A stretch of 64,000 nucleotides of DNA from a virus: the IMG/VR virus record IMGVR_UViG_3300032093_000012, positions 103,476 to 167,475 of that record; one strand, written 5' to 3'. Under the pieces are notes generated by a model. That model did no database searches. It had not been told where the DNA came from and saw only the letters and a program-made list of their open reading frames with translations. The position numbers and the translations under genes were made by a program. This document shows, piece after piece, positions 34,018-44,456 of the stretch (positions are counted from its first letter, which is position 1; each line of letters begins with the position of its first letter).

Positions 34018-34561
34018 CTTCAATCTCCATAGTATTATCAATTATAAGTTCTTCTAACTTATTCTTTTTCTTCTGTTTTGTCAACAATTCTTTCTCTTCG
34101 AAAGAACGAATGATCTCAGAAGAATATTCATTAGTATGACTACCAACTACGGCTTGTCTATCGTGAAATATAGAATCCATTTCTTCGTTAGTAAATTGAT
34201 TCTCAAAATTTTTGTGTTTAATATATGTTTGTTTTTTCTCTTTTGCTATTCTACGTAAGAAGGCATTCCAAGCAATCTGTGTAAAATATGCAAAAGGATT
34301 TGTAGACTTTTCAGGATTAAAGTTATCAACTGAAGCAATACAATTCTCAATGCCATCAGCAATCATATCATCTCTGTATGAATAGTTCATGAAATTTGGT
34401 TTGTATGATAGCTTAGTACAAATCAATAGTACACATTCACCGATATAATTTGGAATCGGTGGCTTAGAAGTATTATCTTCTTTAGATAACATGAGTTTCT
34501 CATGGTACACTTTCATGTGTTCATAAAGAGTTTTGTTATTAACATAATGTTTTGTTGCCAT
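34001..34561 (-). CDS. g55: late-transcription sigma factor gp55
   Basis: HYVNNK, DMIADGIENC, NPFAYFTQI. Confidence 0.95.
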   Translation of the reverse strand: MATKHYVNNKTLYEHMKVYHEKLMLSKEDNTSKPPIPNYIGECVLLICTKLSYKPNFMNYSYRDDMIADGIENCIASVDNFNPEKSTNPFAYFTQIAWNAFLRRIAKEKKQTYIKHKNFENQFTNEEMDSIFHDRQAVVGSHTNEYSSEIIRSFEEKELLTKQKKKNKLEELIIDNTMEIEDELKA

Positions 34562-34989
34562 TAATTTACCGTATTGCTTGCTGCCTGTGACATAAAAAAA
34601 TTTATTACGTCTTCTTTGATATCTGGTTTTTTCTTTGGTTTTCTTGTACTATTAAGATAGTTTTCGAGATATTCTGTAGATCTTAATAGATTTGCTCTAA
34701 AATTTTTATCAAATGTTTTTTGACAATATAACTTAGATAAAAAGTAATATTTAATCATTTCATCATTTAATGGTATAATTGCTATTACATTTTCACTATT
34801 AAAAGTGACATAGTCTGTAGATGAAAAAGGATTATAACTAATAAGCAATGCTCCGCTTTCATCTGACTCTTGATCATGTTTTATTACAAGAATCATTGGA
34901 TCTTTAATTATAATTTTATTATCGTTTTCAGATTCTAAAATGCCAACTATATCATCTCTATTAGATAGCTTTATTAGAACATGACTCAT
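34561..34989 (-). CDS. conserved hypothetical protein between uvsW and g55
   Basis: IKLSNRDDIVG Sm-like pattern; synteny. Confidence 0.7.
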   Translation of the reverse strand: MSHVLIKLSNRDDIVGILESENDNKIIIKDPMILVIKHDQESDESGALLISYNPFSSTDYVTFNSENVIAIIPLNDEMIKYYFLSKLYCQKTFDKNFRANLLRSTEYLENYLNSTRKPKKKPDIKEDVINFFMSQAASNTVN

Positions 34990-36437
34990 GATTTCAAACC
35001 TACCTTATATATCTTATACACAAATTTTTCTTCATTGTAAATGTTTATTCTCTCAACGAAGTGTAGTAGTGTATGATTATTTTTTGATTTCCATGATAAA
35101 TCATCAGCTATATCATATAGAGTACTAGATGTTTTTGTTTCTGATTTTCTAAGACCACGACCAATTGACTGCAAGTTTCTTATCCGTGACTTCGAAGGAG
35201 AAGAAAATATAACGTTATGCAGATTACGAATGTTAACGCCGGTGGAGAAAGTCCCGTAACTAGCGACGATAATTGCATTCTGTTCTGTTTCAACAATCTT
35301 ACGAATTTGCTCACGTTCTTCTCCATCTACTTCACCGGATACAAAGAATATCTTTCTATCGTCGGCATCATTTTTAATCATGTCATAGAGAATCTTGCCA
35401 TGTTTCTCTACATATTGAAAAAGTAATAATGTATTTCCATTATCTAATGATAATGCTAAATTTTTAATAAACTTGTTTCTTGCATCGTTGCGAACTATGA
35501 AATCAATTTCGTCTTGATATGATGCATCTTTAAGCATCTTTTTTATTTCATCTGGATATTTAAGAACTATTGCTTTGATACTAAAATCAGCAAGATACTT
35601 TTGTTCTATTAGTTCAGATGTAGATACAACTTTCTTTACAGCTCCAAATAAACCTTCTAGAACCAACCTATGGGTTTGAGTCCCGTCGAGAGTACCTGTA
35701 AAACCAAACTTATAACGGCAGCGATACAACTTGGAAATGATAGAAGTAAGAGAAGATGCTTTAAATAAGTGCGCTTCATCGCCTATGACCACATCAAATT
35801 GTTCGAAATATTCTTTAGGAAGTTTGTAAATCGATTGCCACGTTGAGATGACAATAGGTTTATCTGTTTGTTTATCTTGTCCTGAAAATATTCTATGTAC
35901 GTACCTATCAGATTCAAAGCCATAATCGGCAAAATCAGAAGCAAGTTGACTAACCAAAGAAGTAGTTGGCACAATAATAAGAGTACGGGCATTATAGTAT
36001 CTCGCTAATAGATAGATAATAAACGATTTACCTGATGCTGTCGGTGATAATAAAAGTGCTCTTCTATTTCTAACAGCATAAACAAAAGCATCTAATTGAT
36101 AATCTCTTGGTTGCATGGTAGGTTTGATTTTAGTTACAAAATCTTTTGCTTCTTTTAAAGAAAACTCTTCGCAAGAAAAATCATCTATATAGTCAATAAG
36201 ATAGTTTCTTTCCTTACAAAAATTTTCAATGTATGGTATAAGGCCAGTATATATTAAACACGTTAATGGATTAAATAAACGTATCTTACCATCCCAATAC
36301 TTATTTTTATAAGCTGGCATAAATTTATAACCGGGCACAAAGAAAGTGAAGTAATCACTTAATTCTTGCGCAACTCCGGGTTCACACTTTACTTTAATGT
36401 AAACTTCATCATGACGACTTATTTCTAATGAATCCAA
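34986..36437 (-). CDS. uvsW: UvsW helicase
   Basis: PTASGKS, DEAH, QSIGRGLR. Confidence 0.97.
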   Translation of the reverse strand: MDSLEISRHDEVYIKVKCEPGVAQELSDYFTFFVPGYKFMPAYKNKYWDGKIRLFNPLTCLIYTGLIPYIENFCKERNYLIDYIDDFSCEEFSLKEAKDFVTKIKPTMQPRDYQLDAFVYAVRNRRALLLSPTASGKSFIIYLLARYYNARTLIIVPTTSLVSQLASDFADYGFESDRYVHRIFSGQDKQTDKPIVISTWQSIYKLPKEYFEQFDVVIGDEAHLFKASSLTSIISKLYRCRYKFGFTGTLDGTQTHRLVLEGLFGAVKKVVSTSELIEQKYLADFSIKAIVLKYPDEIKKMLKDASYQDEIDFIVRNDARNKFIKNLALSLDNGNTLLLFQYVEKHGKILYDMIKNDADDRKIFFVSGEVDGEEREQIRKIVETEQNAIIVASYGTFSTGVNIRNLHNVIFSSPSKSRIRNLQSIGRGLRKSETKTSSTLYDIADDLSWKSKNNHTLLHFVERINIYNEEKFVYKIYKVGLKS

Positions 36438-36872
36438 TTAACCACCCATAACGAATCGATTCCAATCTATTGCATTTTTAATAATAAAGTTTCTATTACT
36501 TATAGACTTAACAATAGTCTCTAATAATTCTACTTTTTCATTTTGGTATGCTATCTTAAGATTCATTTCAATGATATCTTTATCAGCATCCATATACATT
36601 GGAATATCTTGTTTTAAAATAATGCCTTTAGCAGGCAGCTGCCAACCTTTTTCTTGTGATTCTTTTGTAGGACCAAGAGTATAAAACTCGTACTTATCGA
36701 GCTTTAAAGATTTGGATTCCGACTCCATCTTTTTAAGTCTGAGTCTTTCTTCTAAGAATACACGATAATATTTATTATGCAGTGCAGGTATCTTTAAACT
36801 TTCAGAAGCTAGTTCGGTACTATCGATCTTTGTGTCGGTAGCCCACATATCTACAATATCTTCAATTTTCAT
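36438..36872 (-). CDS. uvsY: recombination mediator UvsY
   Basis: KIPALHNKY, IKNAIDW; promoter TTTACA-N17-TATAAA upstream. Confidence 0.9.
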   Translation of the reverse strand: MKIEDIVDMWATDTKIDSTELASESLKIPALHNKYYRVFLEERLRLKKMESESKSLKLDKYEFYTLGPTKESQEKGWQLPAKGIILKQDIPMYMDADKDIIEMNLKIAYQNEKVELLETIVKSISNRNFIIKNAIDWNRFVMGG

Positions 36873-36933
36873 GATATATCTCTTGTCAGTAATATTTTTA
36901 TATATTACCACGTAAGTTTATGTTTGTAAACAG

Positions 36934-37455
36934 TTAAATGTTTATTATTTCGAATAAGAGATACTTGAATGTAGCTGTAGCTTCTATGTATTCTACATCG
37001 CTTTTTGTTGTATCAAATACTAATTCGCTCAAATCTGTAGGATATGCTTCAGTGAATGTAAGCTCATAGTTTGGCACTTTTGCACTTGATAATATTAAAA
37101 GTGATATGTCAGATCTAATACCATCACCCGTATAAGCTGGATTTTGTGAAAGTGTACGATACTCTTTGAAATCTTTTGGTTTACCTAGTGCACGTAACCA
37201 GTTATGAATTTCAAGATAGTTTTGTATATTCTCATCAACCCTAAAAGTTATCTGAAGATCACCATAATCTAAGTGTTCACCGGGTTCAGGTATCTTTACA
37301 AAAGGATTAGGTGACTCATATGTCGGCAAACTTAAAGATGGTATTCCTATCTTTTGTATAAAGAAGTTAATATGCGGCGCGCGCTTAATTGAAAATTTAA
37401 AATTAAGCGGTGAAAGAAAATTTGGATTAGTCGGTGTATTTTCTAAAGCTGACAT
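36934..37455 (-). CDS. g3: tail completion/terminator protein gp3
   Basis: NFLSPLNFKF, VDEN..NY.EIHNW, AYPTDLS. Confidence 0.85.
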   Translation of the reverse strand: MSALENTPTNPNFLSPLNFKFSIKRAPHINFFIQKIGIPSLSLPTYESPNPFVKIPEPGEHLDYGDLQITFRVDENIQNYLEIHNWLRALGKPKDFKEYRTLSQNPAYTGDGIRSDISLLILSSAKVPNYELTFTEAYPTDLSELVFDTTKSDVEYIEATATFKYLLFEIINI

Positions 37456-37474
37456 ATGACTCCTCACTTTTTAC

Positions 37475-37482
37475 TATTTATA
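37475..37482 (-). promoter_or_regulatory. T4-type late promoter
   Basis: TATAAATA upstream of g3. Confidence 0.75.
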
Positions 37483-37483
37483 T

Positions 37484-37510
37484 AAAAAAAGGGCACCCGA
37501 AGGCGCCCTT
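37484..37510 (-). terminator. rho-independent terminator of g23
   Basis: GGGCGCC-TTCG-GGTGCCC followed by T7. Confidence 0.9.
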
Positions 37511-37539
37511 TGTAGGTGATCGGTTGACCCGATTCTTTA

Positions 37540-38880
37540 TTACATAAGGTTGTTAACAATAACTCTACGATAGTAGACGTTAGAATCCTTAGTAAGAGCA
37601 CCAGCACCAGCTGTTTCACCCTGCGCGAATGGGTTTGCAACCATTCCGTAACGTGTCTTGAAGCCGATCTTTGGCTGGAAGCTGTTCTGGTCAACTGCAC
37701 GAACCATCTGAAGAGGAACGTATGGGCAATAGAAGAGACCAGCGTCGAATGCTGAAGCACCCTTATAACCAACGGTGAGATAATTACCACCGATTGCATA
37801 TGGGTCGATATAAACACGTAGGCGACCGTTAAGAACACCAGCGAATGTGTTACCTGTGTCATCTACCTGAAGGTTGTTGCTGTTAAGAGCTGGTGTATAG
37901 TCAAGAACACCGGCCATCTGAAGAGCTGAAGCAACGTCTGAAGAACAGATAACAATGTTACCCTTACCTCTACGTGTCTGCTTAGCAATCTGATTAGCTT
38001 CTCTTTCAAGCTGGAACATAAGACCCTTGAACTTTTCAACTGACCAACGGCCGTTTGAGTCTGTATCGAGGTCGAAGATACCTGCAGTTGTTGTGCCTTC
38101 CTGTGCACCAGAAACAGCTGTTACGTTGATTGTACGAACAACTTCACGGTTGATTTCAGCCATGATTTCTGCAGAAAGAATGTTTGAAAGCTCTGTTTCA
38201 GCATCAAGGCCGTGAATTGCCTTAAGATCCTGAGCGAGTTCCATTGTATATTCTGCCTTGAGAGCACGTGACTTAGCAGTTACAGTCACCTTCTCAATGC
38301 TGAATGCCATTTCAGCGAATGCTGAGTTGGAATCAGTACCAAGAGCTTCAGCCTGAGCTGTTGACATGCCTGAACCGAAGTTATAAGCACCGTTAGCAGC
38401 GTTGTTAGAAACAGCTGGAAGCTGACCAACATGCTTCTGACCAAGTGTGTTAGCACCTGTTGTAACAGAAGAGAATGCTGTGTTAACTTCGTTATAGAAT
38501 GTTTCTGTACCAGCGTTATTTGAATAACGTGAACGCATTGCGAAGATAAGTCCTGTTGGACCTGTCATCGTCTGAACACCAGCAATGTCATAAGCAATGA
38601 GGTTAGGCATTGCACGACGAACGAGTGAGATCAATACTGGATCGAAAGTATCGATTGCACCTGTTGAAGAGTCAGAGCTTGATGCGCCCATGAAGTTTGC
38701 AGGAATTGGTGATGCTTCTGAAAGAAGGAACTGGCTGTGAGCACCTGACTCACGGAGAGCTCTCTCTGTATTTTCTAAAAGCTGTGCAGTTACTGAACGC
38801 TTATGAGCATCCTTAATTGGATTAAGGTCGTTGTGCTCGATAATTGGCGCCCATTTCTTTTGAAGTTCTTCTACTAACAT
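37540..38880 (-). CDS. g23: major capsid protein gp23
   Basis: LVRRAMPNL, GPTGLIFAMR, FYCPYVPL, GFKTRYG. Confidence 0.98.
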   Translation of the reverse strand: MLVEELQKKWAPIIEHNDLNPIKDAHKRSVTAQLLENTERALRESGAHSQFLLSEASPIPANFMGASSSDSSTGAIDTFDPVLISLVRRAMPNLIAYDIAGVQTMTGPTGLIFAMRSRYSNNAGTETFYNEVNTAFSSVTTGANTLGQKHVGQLPAVSNNAANGAYNFGSGMSTAQAEALGTDSNSAFAEMAFSIEKVTVTAKSRALKAEYTMELAQDLKAIHGLDAETELSNILSAEIMAEINREVVRTINVTAVSGAQEGTTTAGIFDLDTDSNGRWSVEKFKGLMFQLEREANQIAKQTRRGKGNIVICSSDVASALQMAGVLDYTPALNSNNLQVDDTGNTFAGVLNGRLRVYIDPYAIGGNYLTVGYKGASAFDAGLFYCPYVPLQMVRAVDQNSFQPKIGFKTRYGMVANPFAQGETAGAGALTKDSNVYYRRVIVNNLM

Positions 38881-38912
38881 TTATCTTTCTCCTTTTAGCG
38901 AAGGTTCTAAAT

Positions 38913-38920
38913 TATTTATA
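38913..38920 (-). promoter_or_regulatory. T4-type late promoter
   Basis: TATAAATA upstream of g23. Confidence 0.8.
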
Positions 38921-38925
38921 TTAAC

Positions 38926-39996
38926 TTATCTTTTAATAGTTCTAGAGATTGCCTGCACGTATGACTTGACACGTGGATCGGTATAGACCACATCAGTTGT
39001 TGCATCGGACTCTTCGAGTTCTTCTGTAACTACAGTCTGTGTGGGCGCCTTTTCAGTTGACTTAAAGTAAGTTTCCTTAATGATGGAAAGTTTCTTCTCG
39101 TACGTGTCAAGGTCACCGTCAAATTCGATGCCTTCTGAAAGAGCACGGAACTTTTCTATCTGTGTAAGAGCAAGATCTGAACAAAATGATTCAAACACTT
39201 CATTCTTTTCGTGATCTACTACAGAAGACTTAAGTTCACTATTCTCATTGATAACTTCATCTAGCTTTTCTTCTAGTTCTTGTACACGAATAGCTAGTGT
39301 TTCAAGTACGTCTGTCTTTTCAGCAGGTACTTCGATATAATGCTCTTCGAATACATTCTTGAGGCTACCAATGAATTCTTCCATAATCTCATTACGAAGT
39401 GTTGATTCAATGGCTACTTCATTGTCTTTTAGCCATGTTTCAACAACGTAATCTAGATATGAGTCTAACTTTGCTGCAAGCTGCTCTTCAATTGAAGTAA
39501 CTTCTACTGCAAGCTTCTCTTCAAATTCTTCTTCAAGACGAGCTGTTTCAACAGTTAAGCGTGCTGATACAGCAGCTTCAAACAATGTTGATGCTTTATC
39601 TTTAAATTCTTCAGAAAGATCTTGGCCAGCAAACATTTCTTCAACATCTTCTTTTACTGAAAGTTTTGGCATTGGATCTTTTGTCTTTGGACCCTTGCCG
39701 CCCTTCATATCAACTGAAGCTTGATTAGATGCTGACTTATCACCAACACCCCAATCTTTGCCAGGACCATAGAGAGATTGTGTCTGATCAAACCACTTAA
39801 CAAGATCACGCTTTGGCATTTCAGCCATTGCGCCAATCATAGTCTTCATGATTTCAACACGAGACTTAGGATCTGCAGCTGGTTGTGAATCTGGCTTAAG
39901 AGTATCTGCTGCCTTAGAAGCTTCATCAATCTCGACTGCTTCGAGATCAACAACTTCCTTAGCTTCGATATCTTTTATTTTTTGTTCTTTACTCAT
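38926..39996 (-). CDS. g22: prohead scaffold gp22
   Basis: LSEEFK.KA..LFEAAV, DSYLDYVVE.W; late promoter at 40027-40034. Confidence 0.92.
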   Translation of the reverse strand: MSKEQKIKDIEAKEVVDLEAVEIDEASKAADTLKPDSQPAADPKSRVEIMKTMIGAMAEMPKRDLVKWFDQTQSLYGPGKDWGVGDKSASNQASVDMKGGKGPKTKDPMPKLSVKEDVEEMFAGQDLSEEFKDKASTLFEAAVSARLTVETARLEEEFEEKLAVEVTSIEEQLAAKLDSYLDYVVETWLKDNEVAIESTLRNEIMEEFIGSLKNVFEEHYIEVPAEKTDVLETLAIRVQELEEKLDEVINENSELKSSVVDHEKNEVFESFCSDLALTQIEKFRALSEGIEFDGDLDTYEKKLSIIKETYFKSTEKAPTQTVVTEELEESDATTDVVYTDPRVKSYVQAISRTIKR

Positions 39997-40034
39997 TTTA
40001 AGGATCTCCTTAGTATTTTTAATAATTATTTATA

Positions 40035-40709
40035 TTATTTATAATTCTTAGTTGCAACCATATTGCTGATGAACTCTTCGAAGACAGAAAACTTGTTTGA
40101 TTCTATTTCATCCATCGTCATTCTTTTCATTCTCTGTTTCATTTTCTCAGCAGTTTCTTGCATCCAAATACCGTTCTTCTCGTCATAGACCCAATCTACA
40201 TTTTCCATGATACCTTCAACGAATGCATTTGGTGCAGAAGGATCTGCAACTATATCGGCAGCAGTAGCTAAATGAAAATCATTCTGAACTTCCATCACAC
40301 CATTCTTTTCAACTAAAGATCCCATACCTCTTGAAGATACGCCAAGATTTGCACCTGACTTTAGAAGACCCTTAACAATATTACCCATCGGTGTTTCGGT
40401 AATTTTTGCTTTTCCAACAACGTCATTACCTGACCACTTAAGTTCAGTGATCATGTGTGAAACTCTATCAAGATTAATTGTTGGTCCTTGTGGATGACCT
40501 AACTCACCATAAGCACGATTATTTGTTACATTTTCTTTGATGTATCTATTAACTTCTTTTTCTAGAACAGGCTTTCTATAAACTCTGCCATTGCGATTTA
40601 CTTGTTCTGATTGAAGAAAAATACCCTTGATGAAGTGTTCTTTCTCTCCGCTTTCTTTAGCTTCAGAAATATATTCTACATCTACGATTTGTTCTGCGAT
40701 AAGTTTCAT
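40035..40709 (-). CDS. g21: prohead protease gp21
   Basis: GELGHP, GVSSRGMGS, DIVADPSAP. Confidence 0.96.
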   Translation of the reverse strand: MKLIAEQIVDVEYISEAKESGEKEHFIKGIFLQSEQVNRNGRVYRKPVLEKEVNRYIKENVTNNRAYGELGHPQGPTINLDRVSHMITELKWSGNDVVGKAKITETPMGNIVKGLLKSGANLGVSSRGMGSLVEKNGVMEVQNDFHLATAADIVADPSAPNAFVEGIMENVDWVYDEKNGIWMQETAEKMKQRMKRMTMDEIESNKFSVFEEFISNMVATKNYK

Positions 40710-40711
40710 TT

Positions 40712-40957
40712 TTAACCCCTGTATGATGCAGCAGTTGCTAACACTGCAACGTTAGCAGCAATCGTATCAGTTGGATTTTTTGCTACAAAGATATACTGAT
40801 TTGCTGGCAGTGTGAACGTTCCAATAGTAACGCTGCTGTTTGCTACTGTTATAATTGCTGCTGCCGTTGCGCTAATATATACAATCGGTGAGTTGTATAC
40901 TGTATTGGCAGTAGTTAATGAAATTTGATTGGCAACAGGTTTAATTACAGTAGTCAT
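40712..40957 (-). CDS. small virion-associated hypothetical protein
   Basis: Ala/Thr-rich ORF in the head operon. Confidence 0.65.
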   Translation of the reverse strand: MTTVIKPVANQISLTTANTVYNSPIVYISATAAAIITVANSSVTIGTFTLPANQYIFVAKNPTDTIAANVAVLATAASYRG

Positions 40958-41796
40958 ACGTTGAATCCTGCGTTATCTACGTTGACGTGTGGAAACTGCA
41001 TTGCAGTATCTGTACCTTCAACTGGTTTTTCTCTATGAATTAGATAATCGTGGATCGCATCGATATCGTGCTTAGCGTTTGTAATCTTTGATTGAACCCA
41101 TGATTCAAGATCTTGATTGTCCTGCATCATGTTAACAAGATCATTTGCTTTTGATGCTAGAGCACGAAGCTGTGTCTTCGCCATCTCGCCTTCTGCATCT
41201 TCAAAGCCTTCTTTCATTGCCTGTTTAGTTGCAGTAGCATACATAACTGATTTTGCTTTATCGCCATAACGTTGTTTGAAACCAGCATAATTCTTTTTCA
41301 TACCCTTTACAATGTCTTCTCTCTTCTTCATCTGAGAGTCAGACATTTCGCCCATTTCTTTATTATGAGCGTAAGTATCTTCGGCCATACATTCTTTTAG
41401 ACCATGCATTGGACACATTGTTCCAGCTTCAGTCATGTTGCATTTTGCTTCAGAAACAGTACTGCCTGTTGATGTATAACCATAATCTGTTGCATTAACG
41501 TTTCTATCGTCTTCTGATCCAACTTTCTTACCAGAAGTTTTCTTTTTTGCTTCTTCTACTGAAGTTTCTTCATAAGCTTTTTCCGCAGCTTTAATGCTAC
41601 GATATCCATGTCTAGAACCTGGATCATTTTTTTGAATTTCTTGTTCTGCTTTTACATTTCCTGCAGTAAAGACATTTTTGTTCTTATGTACGTCTTCATG
41701 ATCTTTTACAGGATGCGAGGCAAGAAAGTCTTCTTCGCCTTTTGGAACGTTTCGACCAGCTCTATCTTTTATAATATCTTTAAGACTCTTCGCCAT
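40954..41796 (-). CDS. prohead core/internal protein (g68 position)
   Basis: charged low-complexity ORF between g67 and g21. Confidence 0.65.
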   Translation of the reverse strand: MAKSLKDIIKDRAGRNVPKGEEDFLASHPVKDHEDVHKNKNVFTAGNVKAEQEIQKNDPGSRHGYRSIKAAEKAYEETSVEEAKKKTSGKKVGSEDDRNVNATDYGYTSTGSTVSEAKCNMTEAGTMCPMHGLKECMAEDTYAHNKEMGEMSDSQMKKREDIVKGMKKNYAGFKQRYGDKAKSVMYATATKQAMKEGFEDAEGEMAKTQLRALASKANDLVNMMQDNQDLESWVQSKITNAKHDIDAIHDYLIHREKPVEGTDTAMQFPHVNVDNAGFNV

Positions 41797-42031
41797 TAGA
41801 TTCTTCCTCTTCGGTATTTTCTTCTGTAGCAACGTCTTCAGATTGTTCTGCATCTTCAACTTCTTCGAAGTCTTCTTCAGAATTTTTAAATATGTTTTGC
41901 GCTACTTCTATTTTCTTATTATTTATAGCATCAGTAATACGATCTAACATAACATCTTTAAATGATGCTTCAAAGTCTAAAGCATTTTCTGTTTTAGAAT
42001 GATTAATCATATTTAATATTGCATCACTCAT
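41780..42031 (-). CDS. g67: prohead core protein gp67-like
   Basis: acidic tail; directly after portal. Confidence 0.7.
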   Translation of the reverse strand: MSDAILNMINHSKTENALDFEASFKDVMLDRITDAINNKKIEVAQNIFKNSEEDFEEVEDAEQSEDVATEENTEEEESNGEES

Positions 42032-43782
42032 AATTTAACTCCACTTTGATATTTTTGTAAGACTTTCTTAGCATTTCCACCACCAGATTTAGCTATAATC
42101 TGTGAAGCAGATTTCAACTTAGACATATCTTGCAATGATTTATTATCTTTATTTATTAAACGCTGATACGTATTTTGTGCATCTATAAGTTTCTTAGAAC
42201 CATCATCTTGACCTGTAGATGCATCACCACCTGTTTGTTGAGGAGCTCCACCACCGCCGGCAGATGGATCCATAGTACCATCATCCATCATTGGTGGATT
42301 AAAGATTTCATCTTCTTGTTCTTCTATGATTTTTGCTCTTTGCTCTTCAATATCTTCATCTGTTTGCTTTAAGATATTTTTCTGTACCCATTCATTCGAA
42401 TAATACTTACCAATTAGTGGCATCATATTATTATAAACATCAATTCTTGAACTTAAGATTTCATTGTCTTTGAGTTCGGTAAAGAATCCGTCATTAGTAA
42501 AGTCAATCTTCATATCTTTACAAATGTCATTCCAATCTTCTATGGTAATAACACCCTTAAGAACGAGTTGTCTTTCTAATAGTTTAAGAAATAATGATGA
42601 AAACTTTCTTCTAAGTCTTGAAACAAACTTACTAAACTTTACTTCTTCTCGTGTAATTTCAGAAGATCTGCCAATATTAAAAGCAGTGTTTTCTTGTTCA
42701 ATACGACTTACTGGAACATTAAGTGATCTATATAATTTCTTTTGGAAATAAAGAACATCATCCATTTCGCCGAGATTTTGACCCGCTGGGAGGGTAGTAA
42801 CTTCCGTACCTCTTCCTCCTTCACGACGTGGAAGCCAATAGTCTTCTAACATCGTCATGAACTTACGATCGTCTCTGATCTCGCCTGAAGCAGCGTCATA
42901 GACAAGACGATTCTTATGTTTAACCATAATTTCTCTTACGTACTGTTCGGCTTTCATCTTTGGAAGATTACCAACATCGATATACCAAAGACGACGTTCT
43001 GGTGCGCGTGAGATACGATAGATTACTGTAGCATCTTCAAGAGTACGAAGCTGATTTAAAGGTTTAATACCTTTATGAAGATGTGATAAGACCATAGTCC
43101 CATATGTATCAGTTAAACCTGATGTAACATGCACTACAGCATCTTTAGCAATCTTTAAACCTGATTGTGTTGTTGGTCCACTCTGTTTGTTACCAACGTT
43201 AAAGCCTCTGTCATTAAAAATGTAGTATTCTGCTTCAGTCTTAGTAACTGTTGCATCGCCATTCTTAACTCTCTTTTTAGAGACTTCTTTGATCTTTCTA
43301 ATCTTACGAGGATCAATATATCTAACTTCTTTAATACCATCTCTAACATTAACATCATCAATAACTACATGATAATAAAGACGGCCATCAATGTACCATC
43401 TTTTGTAAATATCATAGGCATGATTATTAAAATCTATGAGTCTTAAGACTTCTTTAAACTCGGATTGTATTGCTTTCTTAATATTTGGTGCAACTTGTAC
43501 ATCATCTAAAACTAGTTTAAGAATATCTTCTTCATCTACACATATAGAAGCATTAACAATCTCATCAACTGCAGCATCAATTTCTGGCTGCACTGACATT
43601 TCTCTATATTTCGTGACTAATTCTGCCTCAGTTCTTACGGTTCCATCTAAGTCGACGTATGTTCCGTAAGAACCTCCGGCAGATATCGTTACCGCCCCGT
43701 CGTCTGCTTCTTTTGGAACAAACGACGGGAACGATTCTTCTTTTTCTTTTCTTTTGAATTCAAATCCAAAAAGCTCTGCCAT
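42028..43782 (-). CDS. g20: portal protein gp20
   Basis: YRISRAPERR, EDYWLPRREGGRGTE. Confidence 0.97.
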   Translation of the reverse strand: MAELFGFEFKRKEKEESFPSFVPKEADDGAVTISAGGSYGTYVDLDGTVRTEAELVTKYREMSVQPEIDAAVDEIVNASICVDEEDILKLVLDDVQVAPNIKKAIQSEFKEVLRLIDFNNHAYDIYKRWYIDGRLYYHVVIDDVNVRDGIKEVRYIDPRKIRKIKEVSKKRVKNGDATVTKTEAEYYIFNDRGFNVGNKQSGPTTQSGLKIAKDAVVHVTSGLTDTYGTMVLSHLHKGIKPLNQLRTLEDATVIYRISRAPERRLWYIDVGNLPKMKAEQYVREIMVKHKNRLVYDAASGEIRDDRKFMTMLEDYWLPRREGGRGTEVTTLPAGQNLGEMDDVLYFQKKLYRSLNVPVSRIEQENTAFNIGRSSEITREEVKFSKFVSRLRRKFSSLFLKLLERQLVLKGVITIEDWNDICKDMKIDFTNDGFFTELKDNEILSSRIDVYNNMMPLIGKYYSNEWVQKNILKQTDEDIEEQRAKIIEEQEDEIFNPPMMDDGTMDPSAGGGGAPQQTGGDASTGQDDGSKKLIDAQNTYQRLINKDNKSLQDMSKLKSASQIIAKSGGGNAKKVLQKYQSGVKL

Positions 43783-43827
43783 CAAATCCTACTTTGTTTA
43801 AAGTTGTTTCATAATATATATTAATTA

Positions 43828-44427
43828 TTAAATATCGCCTGCCAACTGTACTGGATAACTTGATGGAGATGGACCAGCAACCATAGGTTCCCAATAATCA
43901 TAAGCAAAAGTAACATCAAAAGTTTCGATTGTGTTAGTTGTATCCCAATCTAATGAGATAGCATCTACAGTAGTTGGGAAAGCTCCAACAAGATTATAAG
44001 ATCTAATGACACCAGCATCATCTCCAGGACCAGCTTTACCGAATTGGTAGACTTGAATATCTACTTTATAGCTTTCTGGCGAGCCTGTACCTGAAGCAGA
44101 TCTGTTTGAAACATGTGTGTTAATCCAGTTTAACCATGCTTCGAAGTCATTACGAAGTTTAAAATCTTCGTCGTTCATTACTGTGATAGTCCAATCAGCA
44201 AATGTTCTATCACCTGCAATTTTAATCTTTCTACCAAAGTATGGGACATCGACGGGATCAACCGTCGATGCTGGTAATTGAGCTGCTCTAATTAAGAAAG
44301 AAGCTCTTTCTCCATCACCCTCAATACCGGGTGCTGCAGGAAATTGCATAATTACTTTGAAAAGTGATGGTCTTGCGCCACCATTAATCAAACCATTTGC
44401 TTTAAAGCTGTCTATATTGAAACCCAT
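43828..44427 (-). CDS. g19: tail tube gp19
   Basis: GGARPSLF, AGDRTF..WT.TV.NDEDF. Confidence 0.95.
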   Translation of the reverse strand: MGFNIDSFKANGLINGGARPSLFKVIMQFPAAPGIEGDGERASFLIRAAQLPASTVDPVDVPYFGRKIKIAGDRTFADWTITVMNDEDFKLRNDFEAWLNWINTHVSNRSASGTGSPESYKVDIQVYQFGKAGPGDDAGVIRSYNLVGAFPTTVDAISLDWDTTNTIETFDVTFAYDYWEPMVAGPSPSSYPVQLAGDI

Positions 44428-44456
44428 CTGTTAAACTCCTTTTTTATTTCTATTTA